From contig OZ241867.1 in assembly GCA_965203175.1 (NCBI GenBank), positions 4,096,001 to 4,160,000 of the forward strand: a DNA stretch of 64,000 nt, read 5' to 3'. The translations under genes and the position numbers were made by a program. Each line of letters begins with the position of its first letter. Positions within the stretch are counted from its first letter, which is position 1. Positions 9,724 through 18,866 of this stretch are shown here, piece after piece. The DNA is from Candidatus Latescibacterota bacterium. GTDB taxonomy: Bacteria; Latescibacterota; UBA2968; UBA8231. Under the pieces are notes generated by a model. The model was not told the origin of the DNA. It saw only the letters and a list, made by a program, of their open reading frames with translations, and did not search any database.

Positions 9724-11769
9724 ATGCTGCGCCTAGGACTGATGATCTGCGGAGTGGGGACTTTTATTAGCACCGAGGCTTGGGGCCGGGCGGAGTTCCA
9801 CCTCGGTGGTGCTGAGGGCAATGTCTGGCAGGAGCTAGTCGAAGGCGGAGAAGGGGAGTACGCGGCAGTTGACGCCGAAGGGAATATCGTCGGGGTCTTC
9901 CCCGTCTCCTCGGTGCCGCTGGAGCCAGTGGCCGATCCTTTGATGAAGGACTCCGGCAAAGTCGTCATGATCGATTTCGCCGACAATACCCTGCGGCCGG
10001 TTTTGATTGATCCTGCGGAAAACCTGTCGCTGTCCATTGCCGAAAGGGGAGGCGACATCAACACCAGCATCCACGTCGCGTATACCAAAGAGGAGAGAAA
10101 GACCGTCGAACCAATCGTCGACGGCAATATCGAAACAGCGACGCTGCGACCCGTGGATATCTCGCCGCGCCTCGCCGGAGTCAACATAGGCAATGTCAAG
10201 AACATAGTGGTCAACCTAGGGGCTGAGTTACCCATCAACCGCATTCGCTTCTATCCGCGGCCGGGGTTTGAGGACAATTACTTGGCTTGGTACGAAATTA
10301 GCGTGGCCGACGCTACGGTGCCCTTTGTAGACCTGCCTGGTCAGCGCCGCCCAGGCAAGCGCTGGTACCAAGACATAAGCCGCGCTCTCGGAGCGAAAAA
10401 CGATCCGGCCTTTGACATCTTAGAGCGGAACTTGGAAAACCTCGACGTGGTAGTGGACTACCGCTTCCCAACGCGCGATCTAAAGTGGATTGGCATTCGG
10501 CCCTTGGACCCCGAGCGCACTTGGGAGATCGCCGAATTCGAGATCTACGGCGAGGGTTTTGTCACCCACACCGAGTACCGCACGCCCATCCTCGACTTTG
10601 GTCGTCCGGTGTCTTGGAGCAAAATCCGCTGGCGCGGTGCCATGCCCGAGGGTACACAAATTCAGTTGCGCACCCGCACCGGCAATACGCCGCAGCCCAA
10701 TCGGTTCTTCAGCATTGAGCGGACGGGCAATTTCGTCGAGATCGATCGCAAAGCCTACGACCTGACGTTCAGCGCCGGGTCTTTCAACGACGTGACTAGA
10801 AGCATCGACGCAGAGAACTGGAGCTCCTGGTCGCCGCCATACGACTTTGCAAGCGGTCTCCGCGACGAGGCCGTGTCGGCCGCAGCCTGGACGGATGGCA
10901 CACCACTGATGTCGCCTGGGCCGAGCCGCTATTTGCAACTCGAGATCGTCTTAACTGCCGACCGCGACCAAGCGCCCCGCATCGACGAGTTGTCGCTGCT
11001 TTTTGGCGAGGAATCGGCGGCCCGGGACGTGATCGCCGAGGTCTGGCCGATCGAGACGGAGAGTTTTGCTCCCCACACCTTTACGTATGTGGTGCGACCC
11101 CTCCTCGAAGAGAACAATACCGGGTTCGACCGCTTGGAAATTGCGACCCAGACTCGGGCTGAAGCCGTGCGGGCCGTTCTGGTGGATGGGGTGGACACAA
11201 CAGCGGATTTCCCGCCCGAGATCCAAGACGATCGCATCGTGGTGGGCTTTGAATTGCTGCGGGGGGTAGAGGATAGTGAGAAGCGGGTCGAGGTGGTCTT
11301 TGACGCCAAGGTGCTGCGTTTTGGCACCGAGTTCAGCGGCTGGGTCTACAACAGCGCCGAGCCGACCTTGAAGCAGCAGGTAAAGGCGGGAAACGCGACC
11401 TTTCGTTTTGGCGGGGACGTGCTTTCGGTCAACACGCCCATGGGCGGGGATCTGATCAGCGATTTGCGGGTGATGCCGCCGACCTTTACGCCCAATGACG
11501 ACGGGGTCAACGACCGCGTGCGCATTGCCCACGATGTGCGCAACTTAGGTACCTTGCGACAGCTAGAGGTGCAGATCTTCGACCTAGCCGGACGCCTAGT
11601 GGCAGATGTGGCCGGAACTGGAACCCAAAGTGGCGTTTTTGAGCACCAGTGGGACGGGCGAGACGCAGGGGGGAAAGTGGTTGCGCCCGGAATATACGTG
11701 TACAAAATATCGCTCGATACAGACCGGGGCAGCCAAGCGGCCAGTGGTCTGGTTGCCGTGGCCTATTGA
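9724..11769 (+). CDS. Secreted discoidin-like + FlgD-Ig/type-B-CTD-like protein
   Basis: AAGGAGG RBS; signal peptide; 'VNLGAELPINRIRFYPR'; 'LRTRTGN...WSSWSPPY...SPGPSRYLQL'; C-terminus 'FTPNDDGVNDR...WDGRDAGGKVVAPGIYVYKI...AVAY'. Confidence 0.75.
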   Translation: MLRLGLMICGVGTFISTEAWGRAEFHLGGAEGNVWQELVEGGEGEYAAVDAEGNIVGVFPVSSVPLEPVADPLMKDSGKVVMIDFADNTLRPVLIDPAENLSLSIAERGGDINTSIHVAYTKEERKTVEPIVDGNIETATLRPVDISPRLAGVNIGNVKNIVVNLGAELPINRIRFYPRPGFEDNYLAWYEISVADATVPFVDLPGQRRPGKRWYQDISRALGAKNDPAFDILERNLENLDVVVDYRFPTRDLKWIGIRPLDPERTWEIAEFEIYGEGFVTHTEYRTPILDFGRPVSWSKIRWRGAMPEGTQIQLRTRTGNTPQPNRFFSIERTGNFVEIDRKAYDLTFSAGSFNDVTRSIDAENWSSWSPPYDFASGLRDEAVSAAAWTDGTPLMSPGPSRYLQLEIVLTADRDQAPRIDELSLLFGEESAARDVIAEVWPIETESFAPHTFTYVVRPLLEENNTGFDRLEIATQTRAEAVRAVLVDGVDTTADFPPEIQDDRIVVGFELLRGVEDSEKRVEVVFDAKVLRFGTEFSGWVYNSAEPTLKQQVKAGNATFRFGGDVLSVNTPMGGDLISDLRVMPPTFTPNDDGVNDRVRIAHDVRNLGTLRQLEVQIFDLAGRLVADVAGTGTQSGVFEHQWDGRDAGGKVVAPGIYVYKISLDTDRGSQAASGLVAVAY

Positions 11770-11801
11770 CGAGGCCGGCCATTTACTGGAGAAAGTTCGC
11801 A

Positions 11802-14534
11802 TTGAGACAGCAGCGCAACATACTCAGGGGGATCTTACTCCTGGCCATAGTCGCAGAGGCGACTTGGGGTCAGCAGCCCGACTACGGCTCGCGCTTGGGG
11901 GTCGGGCAGGGCACTGCGACTAATTTCCGGCCCCAAGGGGCCCAGGGGATGTTGGACGCGATCGACCCGGCGGTGCGGCGCTGGTACGTACCGCAGGAAC
12001 TCTTCGCCGAATACCGCTGGCGCCAGTGGGAATACACCAACTACGCCCGCTCTCCCTACCAGCGCTATATAAATGCCGATATAGAGGGGAGCTATTTCTA
12101 CGATCTCTACGGCAATTTCATCAATCAGGGGTGGCTAGTCTACAATACGTCCCAGGAAAGGCCGCAAGAATTTGGCAACGTCGTATTTCAATCCAGCCGT
12201 CTTGACCGATGGTTTTCCGGGGTGGTGGTAGCCGCAGATCAGAAGGGTTCGTATTTCTATGCGCTGACAGTGAGCCGCGACCTGCGCACGACCTTGACGC
12301 CCATGACCTTTTCCAAGGCGCGGCTGGACGGGGTGCAGGCTGACTTGGCCTCGGACAAATACGAGGGCACGCTGATTTATTCGCGCATCAGCGGTCCGCG
12401 GGGGGTCCGGGGACGCGAGGTGCGGCGAACGAGCGCTACTACCTTGTTCGGGGGGCGCTTTACAGCCCAAGTGGGCGACTTCACTGAGATGGGGATTCAC
12501 ATGGTGAATGCCCACCAAGCGAATGCGCTAACGGACCGGGATTTTTTTAAAAATATGATCACCGGTGCGCTGACCGAGAGGCAAAATTTTCAGGGGACCA
12601 GCCAAGCAGTGACCGCGGCTGGCCTGTTCGGAGGGGCCCAAGGAGGAACCGTGGGCTCGAATGCGATAACTGGAATCCAGATTGTGTTGCGCGACGATTC
12701 GCCCGAGGACGGCGTCGGTGGGGCGGCCTTTTTCCCGACCGGCTCCGATGTGCTCATCACCTACAGGGACGGCAGCGTCGATCGCGGCAGAGATATAGGC
12801 TTAGAGCCACTGGTTGAAGGGGGGCTGACAGAGCGGGGCTTTATCTCGGCCAACGGCAGCGAAGAGATCCGGCTGTTCTACGATTTTGGCAAGTCCGATT
12901 TTACCAACCGGGCCAGTGGCGAAGTAGGCGAAATCGTCGGGGTGGAGTTTCGCTTGGTCGTGGCCAACGACTACCAGATCTGGATGACATCGAACAACCA
13001 ACTCGATGTATCGGGCAATCCAGTGCTGCTGCTAGTGGACCAAGCGCGAGGCAATATCCGCGACCTGACCAATTTGCGCACCGTCAGCTTTGAATATGGC
13101 CTGCCCACGGCTACCCATATCTTGGGGGGTACGCTTGCAGTGAACGAGGTACTCGGTTTCGACTTGTACGGCGAGTACGACTTGAGCTGGAGCTACCGCA
13201 AGTATCCCAATGTGCTGGAGAATAAGCACAGAGCTTCTTCGGGCATCAAAGGCCGTCCCAACGCACCAGCTTGGATGGTGAACGCGTCCAAGCTGGCCGA
13301 GCCGTTCTTTTTTTACGGCGAGGCCTACAGCATGGATCCCTTCTACAATACCCAGGCATTTGTCGCCGCAGGTGGCGGCCAGATCGACTACAGTGCCGAC
13401 CGGGACCGCGTGGAACTGGTTGAGGACAACGACGATCAAGACCGAGTCCCCGACGCCTTTCGCAGCGACTGGGTGCAGCCGGATTTGCAGGTCTTCCCAG
13501 GGTGGGACCAGAACAACGACTTTGTACCGGATCTCAACCAGAACGACAATAGAGTCAAGATCAACAATACGCCCGACTACGAAGAGCCCTTCATGCGCTT
13601 TGGCGTCGATCGGCCGGAGTTTTTGTTCGGGGTGGACATGAACAACAATTTCTGGGTTGATCAGTACGAAAACGACGAGGAACCCGACTACCCCTACCGA
13701 CGCGACCATCGGGGCTACAACGCGTACGGCGGTGTATATCTGACGCCGCAACTGCGGCTGATGGCCGGGGTATTGCGCGAGGGGCTGATCTCTTCAGACC
13801 AAAAGAACCACGGTACCTACGCGGTGCTCAACTACGACGGGCTGTCACCGCGCTACGGCCGCCTGCGGATCTTTGAGATGGCCAAGCGGGTAGAGGACGA
13901 CATCCCCAACCCGCTGTTGCAGTGGGCCCCGGACAATACGATCCGGGGCGGAGCCCTGACCCCGTTGGACGATCCGCTCCTGGGACGCGACACCTGGGTG
14001 AACCAGTTCTTTGTCGGCCATAGTCTGAGAACGGCTTCGCTCCTTTTGCTGAGCAAATTGAACTACGTGTACTTCCACCAACGGCTGGACGAGGCGCAGC
14101 GGCAGCGATTGGGGCTGGACGAGACCGACTTTTTCTTTGGTCTCATCAACAAGGCTAGGTACGAGTACGAGTTGGGTCGGCTGATTGTTGAGCCGCGTTG
14201 GAAAAGCGAGTTCCGCAAGCAGAGCCGCACGTTGTTTGCGGCGGGCCAGCACACCAGCCTGATGGAATTGCTCGGTGCCTTGGCGCGGATGCAGCTTTTA
14301 GAGGTGACGCAAGTGCAGGCGGGGATGGAATACGTGTGGTTCGACGACTTTGACGACGACTTCAATGATTTCAACTCCCTGACGGTAGGGCTGCAATTCG
14401 CCAATACGTCGGCCTATCAAGGCTACAGCATCCGGTTATTGACGGGCATCGTCTTGGAGCGCAAGGATTTCAAAGAGCGTCAAGCGATAAATACAACGCA
14501 GGCGTTTATTACAATTTACGCGGGACTGGAGTGA
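11802..14534 (+). CDS. Uncharacterised ~910-aa exported protein, putative outer-membrane beta-barrel (paralog of 4018-6675)
   Basis: TTG start at 11802 after GGAG gives a signal peptide (ATWG|QQPDYG). Collinear with 4018-6675 ('DPAVRRWYVPQEL', 'WRQWEYTNYAR', 'LRDDSPED', 'YGLPTATHI') and ends 'FITIYAGLE'. Confidence 0.7.
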   Translation: MRQQRNILRGILLLAIVAEATWGQQPDYGSRLGVGQGTATNFRPQGAQGMLDAIDPAVRRWYVPQELFAEYRWRQWEYTNYARSPYQRYINADIEGSYFYDLYGNFINQGWLVYNTSQERPQEFGNVVFQSSRLDRWFSGVVVAADQKGSYFYALTVSRDLRTTLTPMTFSKARLDGVQADLASDKYEGTLIYSRISGPRGVRGREVRRTSATTLFGGRFTAQVGDFTEMGIHMVNAHQANALTDRDFFKNMITGALTERQNFQGTSQAVTAAGLFGGAQGGTVGSNAITGIQIVLRDDSPEDGVGGAAFFPTGSDVLITYRDGSVDRGRDIGLEPLVEGGLTERGFISANGSEEIRLFYDFGKSDFTNRASGEVGEIVGVEFRLVVANDYQIWMTSNNQLDVSGNPVLLLVDQARGNIRDLTNLRTVSFEYGLPTATHILGGTLAVNEVLGFDLYGEYDLSWSYRKYPNVLENKHRASSGIKGRPNAPAWMVNASKLAEPFFFYGEAYSMDPFYNTQAFVAAGGGQIDYSADRDRVELVEDNDDQDRVPDAFRSDWVQPDLQVFPGWDQNNDFVPDLNQNDNRVKINNTPDYEEPFMRFGVDRPEFLFGVDMNNNFWVDQYENDEEPDYPYRRDHRGYNAYGGVYLTPQLRLMAGVLREGLISSDQKNHGTYAVLNYDGLSPRYGRLRIFEMAKRVEDDIPNPLLQWAPDNTIRGGALTPLDDPLLGRDTWVNQFFVGHSLRTASLLLLSKLNYVYFHQRLDEAQRQRLGLDETDFFFGLINKARYEYELGRLIVEPRWKSEFRKQSRTLFAAGQHTSLMELLGALARMQLLEVTQVQAGMEYVWFDDFDDDFNDFNSLTVGLQFANTSAYQGYSIRLLTGIVLERKDFKERQAINTTQAFITIYAGLE
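13594..13678 (+). repeat. 85-bp exact direct repeat, copy 2
   Basis: Identical to 5735-5819. Confidence 0.9.
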
Positions 14535-14690
14535 TTGGTCGTTAGAGATCAATAATCTACTGTAAACATTGAATTTATTGAGATTTTACAGCAAGAGAGC
14601 GACATTTTTATTTGCTTTTGGGTACTCAATGAATTAAGTATTTGGCACTATCATCCACTTTTGCCACCCTATGTAAAGGAGGGTATTATC

Positions 14691-15599
14691 ATGCGGAAAC
14701 TATTCTTGGTGTTAGGGATAGGGATTGCATCTATTGCCCAAGCCCACGATCCACCTGACTTGCTGCTGCTCGCAGTGCAGTTCCCCGATACCAATGTGCC
14801 GGTAATCGACGGATTCGACGACGACTGGTCTGCCATTCCCGTTGACCAGTATGGCATTTTCGCCGAGACGACCTATCCGGTGGGTGCTTCGACCCGAGAG
14901 GGGAGAGCGCTGGAATTTGCCTCGCAGGGTGAGATTGATCCCAGCGATATGAATTTCCGCCATTTGATCGGCTGGAGCGATAGCCAGAATATGTTCTACG
15001 TCACGACCTCGGTGTACGACAATTTGCACGTGACCAGCCGCCAGGATCCGGGCAGGTTCTACTGGGACGACAGCTACGAGATGGGGCTAAACGCCGACCA
15101 CACCAATATCGACGACCAGAACACAGGGGATATCGCCAACGGGTTCTACTACAAGTACGCGCTGCCGCCCAAGGACGGTGCCTTTGAATTTTTTAGGCCC
15201 AACCGCAATTTGCCGTGGCTGGTCAACGGTACGCGCTACGTCGAAATCGCCTGGAGCTTTACGGGCGAGGAGTTCGGCGAAAGCACGTATATCTACGAAA
15301 TCCGCATCCTGCCGATCGCGCAGATGCCCCTGAGCGAAGAAGCCACCGAGGATCAGGTAGTGGTTTGGGATTTCGAGGAAGGGCAGATCATCCACTGGGG
15401 CAATATGGTGATCGACGTCGATGTGCTCACCGGCGATGACGATTATCGCCATGGCCAGTGGAGTACCAGCCCTGGGGGGACGGCTGGCCGACCAGTGAGC
15501 GATGTGTTGCTCTCGCCCATAGACCCCGGCATCGAGTGGCCCGAAGCAACCGCAGTGGAAGCGGAGAGCTGGGGGCGGATTAAGGCTCAGTACCAGTAG
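14691..15599 (+). CDS. Secreted CBM9/DOMON-like sugar-binding-fold protein with C-terminal 'TAVEAESWGRIKAQYQ' tail
   Basis: AAGGAGG RBS before ATG 14691; signal peptide (AQA|H); 'PVIDGFDDDW', 'GWSDSQNMFYV...VYDN', 'DDSYEMGLNAD' resemble CBM9-like domains. Confidence 0.65.
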   Translation: MRKLFLVLGIGIASIAQAHDPPDLLLLAVQFPDTNVPVIDGFDDDWSAIPVDQYGIFAETTYPVGASTREGRALEFASQGEIDPSDMNFRHLIGWSDSQNMFYVTTSVYDNLHVTSRQDPGRFYWDDSYEMGLNADHTNIDDQNTGDIANGFYYKYALPPKDGAFEFFRPNRNLPWLVNGTRYVEIAWSFTGEEFGESTYIYEIRILPIAQMPLSEEATEDQVVVWDFEEGQIIHWGNMVIDVDVLTGDDDYRHGQWSTSPGGTAGRPVSDVLLSPIDPGIEWPEATAVEAESWGRIKAQYQ

Positions 15600-15626
15600 T
15601 AATCCCACGAGTATTGGCCGAGTAGC

Positions 15627-15662
15627 AGAGAGCCCGTCTTTCTAGGCGGGCTCTCTTTTTTT
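15627..15662 (+). terminator. Rho-independent terminator
   Basis: Stem agagagcccgtct / aggcgggctctct with a ttct loop, followed by a T-run. Confidence 0.85.
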
Positions 15663-15682
15663 CGCACAACGGGCACGACACT

Positions 15683-16966
15683 ATGCGATTTTTGCGCTTG
15701 GGAGGACTGGTGGTCATCGTCCTCAGCGTCTTAATCGGCGCCAGCCAGTTTCGCCTGTACCCCACCGAAAACGTGCTGACCATCTGGGTCAGGGGTACGC
15801 CCGAACAGACGGCCATCTATCGCCAGATCATCGACGAATTCCGTACCCTGAACCCGGAGGCCAAGCTGCGGGTGGAGGTGATGCCAGCGCGGCGCTTTGT
15901 GCAAAAACTTTTGGCCGGCATTGACGCGGGGCACGCACCCGATGTGTTCAATTTGCACTGGAGAGATATGCCACAAGTGTCTAGCACCGGCCAGCTTTTG
16001 CCCCTAGATGAGTTGATCGATCGCCACGGGATTGACCGCGGTGACTACTACCCGGTAGGGCTGCGGGCCTATACCTACCGAGGCGTTCTCTACGGCCTGC
16101 CAGTCAAAGGATCGACCATCTCCTGCTATTACAATATGGACCTCTTCGACCGCTACGGGGTGGACTATCCGACCGACGACTGGACCTGGGAGGAACTGGT
16201 GGAGAAAGCCCGGAAGCTGACAGTCGATGAAGACGGCGATGGCATGACGGATATCTACGGGCTGACGCCCTATGATATCGCCAACTACGTGTGGAGTGCG
16301 GGCGGAGATTTTCTGCGGCAGGAGGACGGGCGTTGGGTGTCTAATCTGGACGACCCCAAGGTGCTCCTAGGTACGCAATTCTACGTGGATCTCTACTTTG
16401 AGAACAAAGTAAGTCCACCGCGGCCGGGAATGCGCAGCGACAACCCAATGAGCACCTTCACTTTTGAGGCGGGAAGGGTGGCCATGGCGATCACCGGTCC
16501 GTGGCGCATACCGGATTACCAACTTCTGGATCGCTTTCGCTGGAATTTGGCACTGGTTCCCGAAGGGCCGGGTGGGCGGCAGACGCGCTACGCTGGCTCG
16601 GGTTTTTCAATCTGGAAGGACACGCCGCAACCCGAAGCCGCTTGGAAACTAGTCGAGTTCCTAGTGGGGCCTGAGTCCATGGCCAAGATGGCGGTTTTGG
16701 GCAGCGATTTGCCGCCGCAGCGCTCAGTGGCCAGAACCGCCTTCCTGCGCGAGGACACGCCGTGGGACGAAGAGGTCTTTGTGCGGGCCATGGACTACGA
16801 GGTGCAGATCTTTCCGCAGGAGGTGTGGTGGGAAGATCTGTTCCGGCGCATGCAGGATGAGTTGGACGCGGCTTTGGCGGGCCGGGAGACAGTGGCGGAG
16901 TCGCTGCGGCAGGCCCACGAAGTGACCAACGCCTATCTAGATCGGATCTACAGGGAAGCTCCATGA
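15683..16966 (+). CDS. Carbohydrate ABC transporter substrate-binding protein (CUT1)
   Basis: 'GHAPDVF', 'YGLP...YYNMDLFDRYGVDYPTDDWTWEEL', 'FEAGRVAMAITGPW', 'AAWKLVEFL'; contains a DxDGDG loop (DEDGDG). Confidence 0.9.
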   Translation: MRFLRLGGLVVIVLSVLIGASQFRLYPTENVLTIWVRGTPEQTAIYRQIIDEFRTLNPEAKLRVEVMPARRFVQKLLAGIDAGHAPDVFNLHWRDMPQVSSTGQLLPLDELIDRHGIDRGDYYPVGLRAYTYRGVLYGLPVKGSTISCYYNMDLFDRYGVDYPTDDWTWEELVEKARKLTVDEDGDGMTDIYGLTPYDIANYVWSAGGDFLRQEDGRWVSNLDDPKVLLGTQFYVDLYFENKVSPPRPGMRSDNPMSTFTFEAGRVAMAITGPWRIPDYQLLDRFRWNLALVPEGPGGRQTRYAGSGFSIWKDTPQPEAAWKLVEFLVGPESMAKMAVLGSDLPPQRSVARTAFLREDTPWDEEVFVRAMDYEVQIFPQEVWWEDLFRRMQDELDAALAGRETVAESLRQAHEVTNAYLDRIYREAP

Positions 16967-17910
16967 AGCGCCAGGGATGGGCTGCCATCGGTTTCCTCAC
17001 ACCCAATTTAGTCGGCTTTCTGATCTTCACCTTGGGGCCGGTGGTGGCGGCTGCGGGGCTGAGCTTCTATCGCTACCAACTGGCCAGCGGCCAAGCGCCC
17101 GATTTCATTGGGCTGGCCAACTTTGCCGAGTTAGTGGGCTTTGATCGGGTGGACGGCGAGTGGAAGGCGCTCGACCCCTACTTCTGGCAGTATCTGGGCA
17201 ATACCTTGTTCCTCATGCTCAACATCCCCTTCTCAATGGCTGGGGCCCTGATCTTGGCGGTGCTGCTCAACAAAAATCTGAAGGGACGCATCGCCTTTCG
17301 CACCTTGTTTTTCATCCCGCATCTGTGCCACGGCGTGGCCATCTTCATGGTGTGGAAGATGGTCTTCACTTTCGAGCCAAACGTCGGCATCGTCAACGGA
17401 CTATTGTGGAGTCTATACAAATTTTTGGGCATTCCCGCCGAGCAGGCCATCGGGCTTTTGCCGGGCTGGCTGATCGACAAAAACTGGGCCAAGCCGGCTT
17501 TCATCATCATGTTCGTGTGGGCCAGCGTCGGGGGATTTAACATGATCCTCTACTTGGCGGGGCTGCAGAATATCCCGCCGGAACTCTACGAGGCTGCGGA
17601 GATGGACGGAGCTGGCTGGTGGGCGCGGTTGCGCCACATCACGGTACCGCAGTTGGCACCGACGACCTTTTTCATCTTTGTCACCAGCATCATCGGTGGA
17701 TTGCAGGGCGGTTTTGAGGCGGCCTATATCATGACTGCGGGCGGGCCGGAGGGATCGACGACGACCATGAGTTACTACATCTACACCCAGGCGTACGAGC
17801 GCTTGGAAATCGGCTATGCCGCAACGGTGTCCATGGTGCTGTTCGGGCTGATTTTTGCGCTGACGATGATCAACTGGCGCTTTGGCGGCAAAAGACTGGA
17901 GGCGGCCTGA
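16963..17910 (+). CDS. Carbohydrate ABC transporter permease
   Basis: EAA motif 'LQNIPPELYEAAEMDGAGWWARLRHITVP'; multiple TM segments; ATGA overlap with the upstream gene. Confidence 0.93.
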   Translation: MKRQGWAAIGFLTPNLVGFLIFTLGPVVAAAGLSFYRYQLASGQAPDFIGLANFAELVGFDRVDGEWKALDPYFWQYLGNTLFLMLNIPFSMAGALILAVLLNKNLKGRIAFRTLFFIPHLCHGVAIFMVWKMVFTFEPNVGIVNGLLWSLYKFLGIPAEQAIGLLPGWLIDKNWAKPAFIIMFVWASVGGFNMILYLAGLQNIPPELYEAAEMDGAGWWARLRHITVPQLAPTTFFIFVTSIIGGLQGGFEAAYIMTAGGPEGSTTTMSYYIYTQAYERLEIGYAATVSMVLFGLIFALTMINWRFGGKRLEAA

Positions 17911-17911
17911 G

Positions 17912-18850
17912 ATGGCGGACGAACGCGCAGACATTGACGTCGATAAAAGTCGAGGGCCGCGGCGGGACCAAGCCGGAACCTTCACGTATGTGGCGCTGCT
18001 CTTTCTGCTCAGCGGCATGGTATTGCCCTTGCTGTGGACCGTGCTGACTTCGTTCAAATACAACGTCGATGTGACCTTGGGGTGGGTTCCGCCGCGCTGG
18101 ACTGTGGACAACTACGTGGGGGTAGTGGAGGCGTTCTCCTTTCTGCGCTACTACCTCAATTCGCTCTTTATCGCCTGTGCTGTGACGCTGGTGCAGGTGG
18201 CCACTAGCGTCATGGCGGCCTATGCCTTTGCGCGGCTCCAGTTCCGGGGGCGCGATCTAGTTTTTTTGGGCTACTTGGCGACGATGATGATTCCGTCCGA
18301 CGTGCTGATGATCCCGCAGTTCGTATTGATGAAGAAAATACCAGAATGGCTGAACATGGTCTTTGGCACGGAGGCGTTCGGCGGATTCGTCTATTTTCGC
18401 CATCACTACGTGGGGCGTCCCGTGGGGCTGGACAGCTTTTTCGCGCTGATCGCCCCGGGCTGCTTCAGCGCCTATGGCACCTTCATGCTCAGACAATTTC
18501 TGTTGGGCATCTCGCACGAAATTGAAGAGGCCGCCTATATTGACGGCTGCTCGCCTTGGGGGGTATTTCGGCACGTGATTCTGCCGCTGGCGAAGCCGGC
18601 GCTGGCCGCGCTCGCCATTTTCACGTTCCTAGGGCGCTGGCGCGCCTTTTTATGGCCTTTGATTATGATCGACTCGGATTCGATGATGGTGCTGTCGGTG
18701 GGACTGGCTAAGCTTTCGGATCTGTACAGCAATAACTACGGGCTGATCTGCGCTGGCACGGTGCTGATGCTCATTCCCATGATCGCCGTCTTTGTGCTCT
18801 GCCAGCGCTGGTTCATCAGCGGCATCCAACTCGGATCGGTCAAGGGATAA
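17912..18850 (+). CDS. Carbohydrate ABC transporter permease
   Basis: EAA motif 'EIEEAAYIDGCSPWGVFRHVILPLAKP'; C-terminus 'QRWFISGIQLGSVKG'. Confidence 0.93.
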   Translation: MADERADIDVDKSRGPRRDQAGTFTYVALLFLLSGMVLPLLWTVLTSFKYNVDVTLGWVPPRWTVDNYVGVVEAFSFLRYYLNSLFIACAVTLVQVATSVMAAYAFARLQFRGRDLVFLGYLATMMIPSDVLMIPQFVLMKKIPEWLNMVFGTEAFGGFVYFRHHYVGRPVGLDSFFALIAPGCFSAYGTFMLRQFLLGISHEIEEAAYIDGCSPWGVFRHVILPLAKPALAALAIFTFLGRWRAFLWPLIMIDSDSMMVLSVGLAKLSDLYSNNYGLICAGTVLMLIPMIAVFVLCQRWFISGIQLGSVKG

Positions 18851-18866
18851 TTGCGAGGAGGGCAAT

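Noticed and set aside
849-11769. FlgD-Ig domain genes as flagellar hook-cap genes
   Set aside because: They are C-terminal modules on Sec-exported proteins, and there are no flagellar genes nearby.
11649-11801. Long N-terminal extensions in the ORF track (also 3958, 18792, 48627, 49828, 52151, 61800, 63108)
   Set aside because: Downstream starts have better RBS, signal-peptide or family-start support, and most extensions overlap upstream genes.
5735-13678. 85-bp repeat as a DGR template/variable repeat pair or att sites
   Set aside because: The copies are identical with no adenine-specific differences, and there is no reverse transcriptase or integrase in the window.
14535-14690. AT-rich stretch as a foreign insertion or ncRNA
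   Set aside because: It is short, has no terminal repeats or clear structure, and is best explained as the promoter region of 14691.
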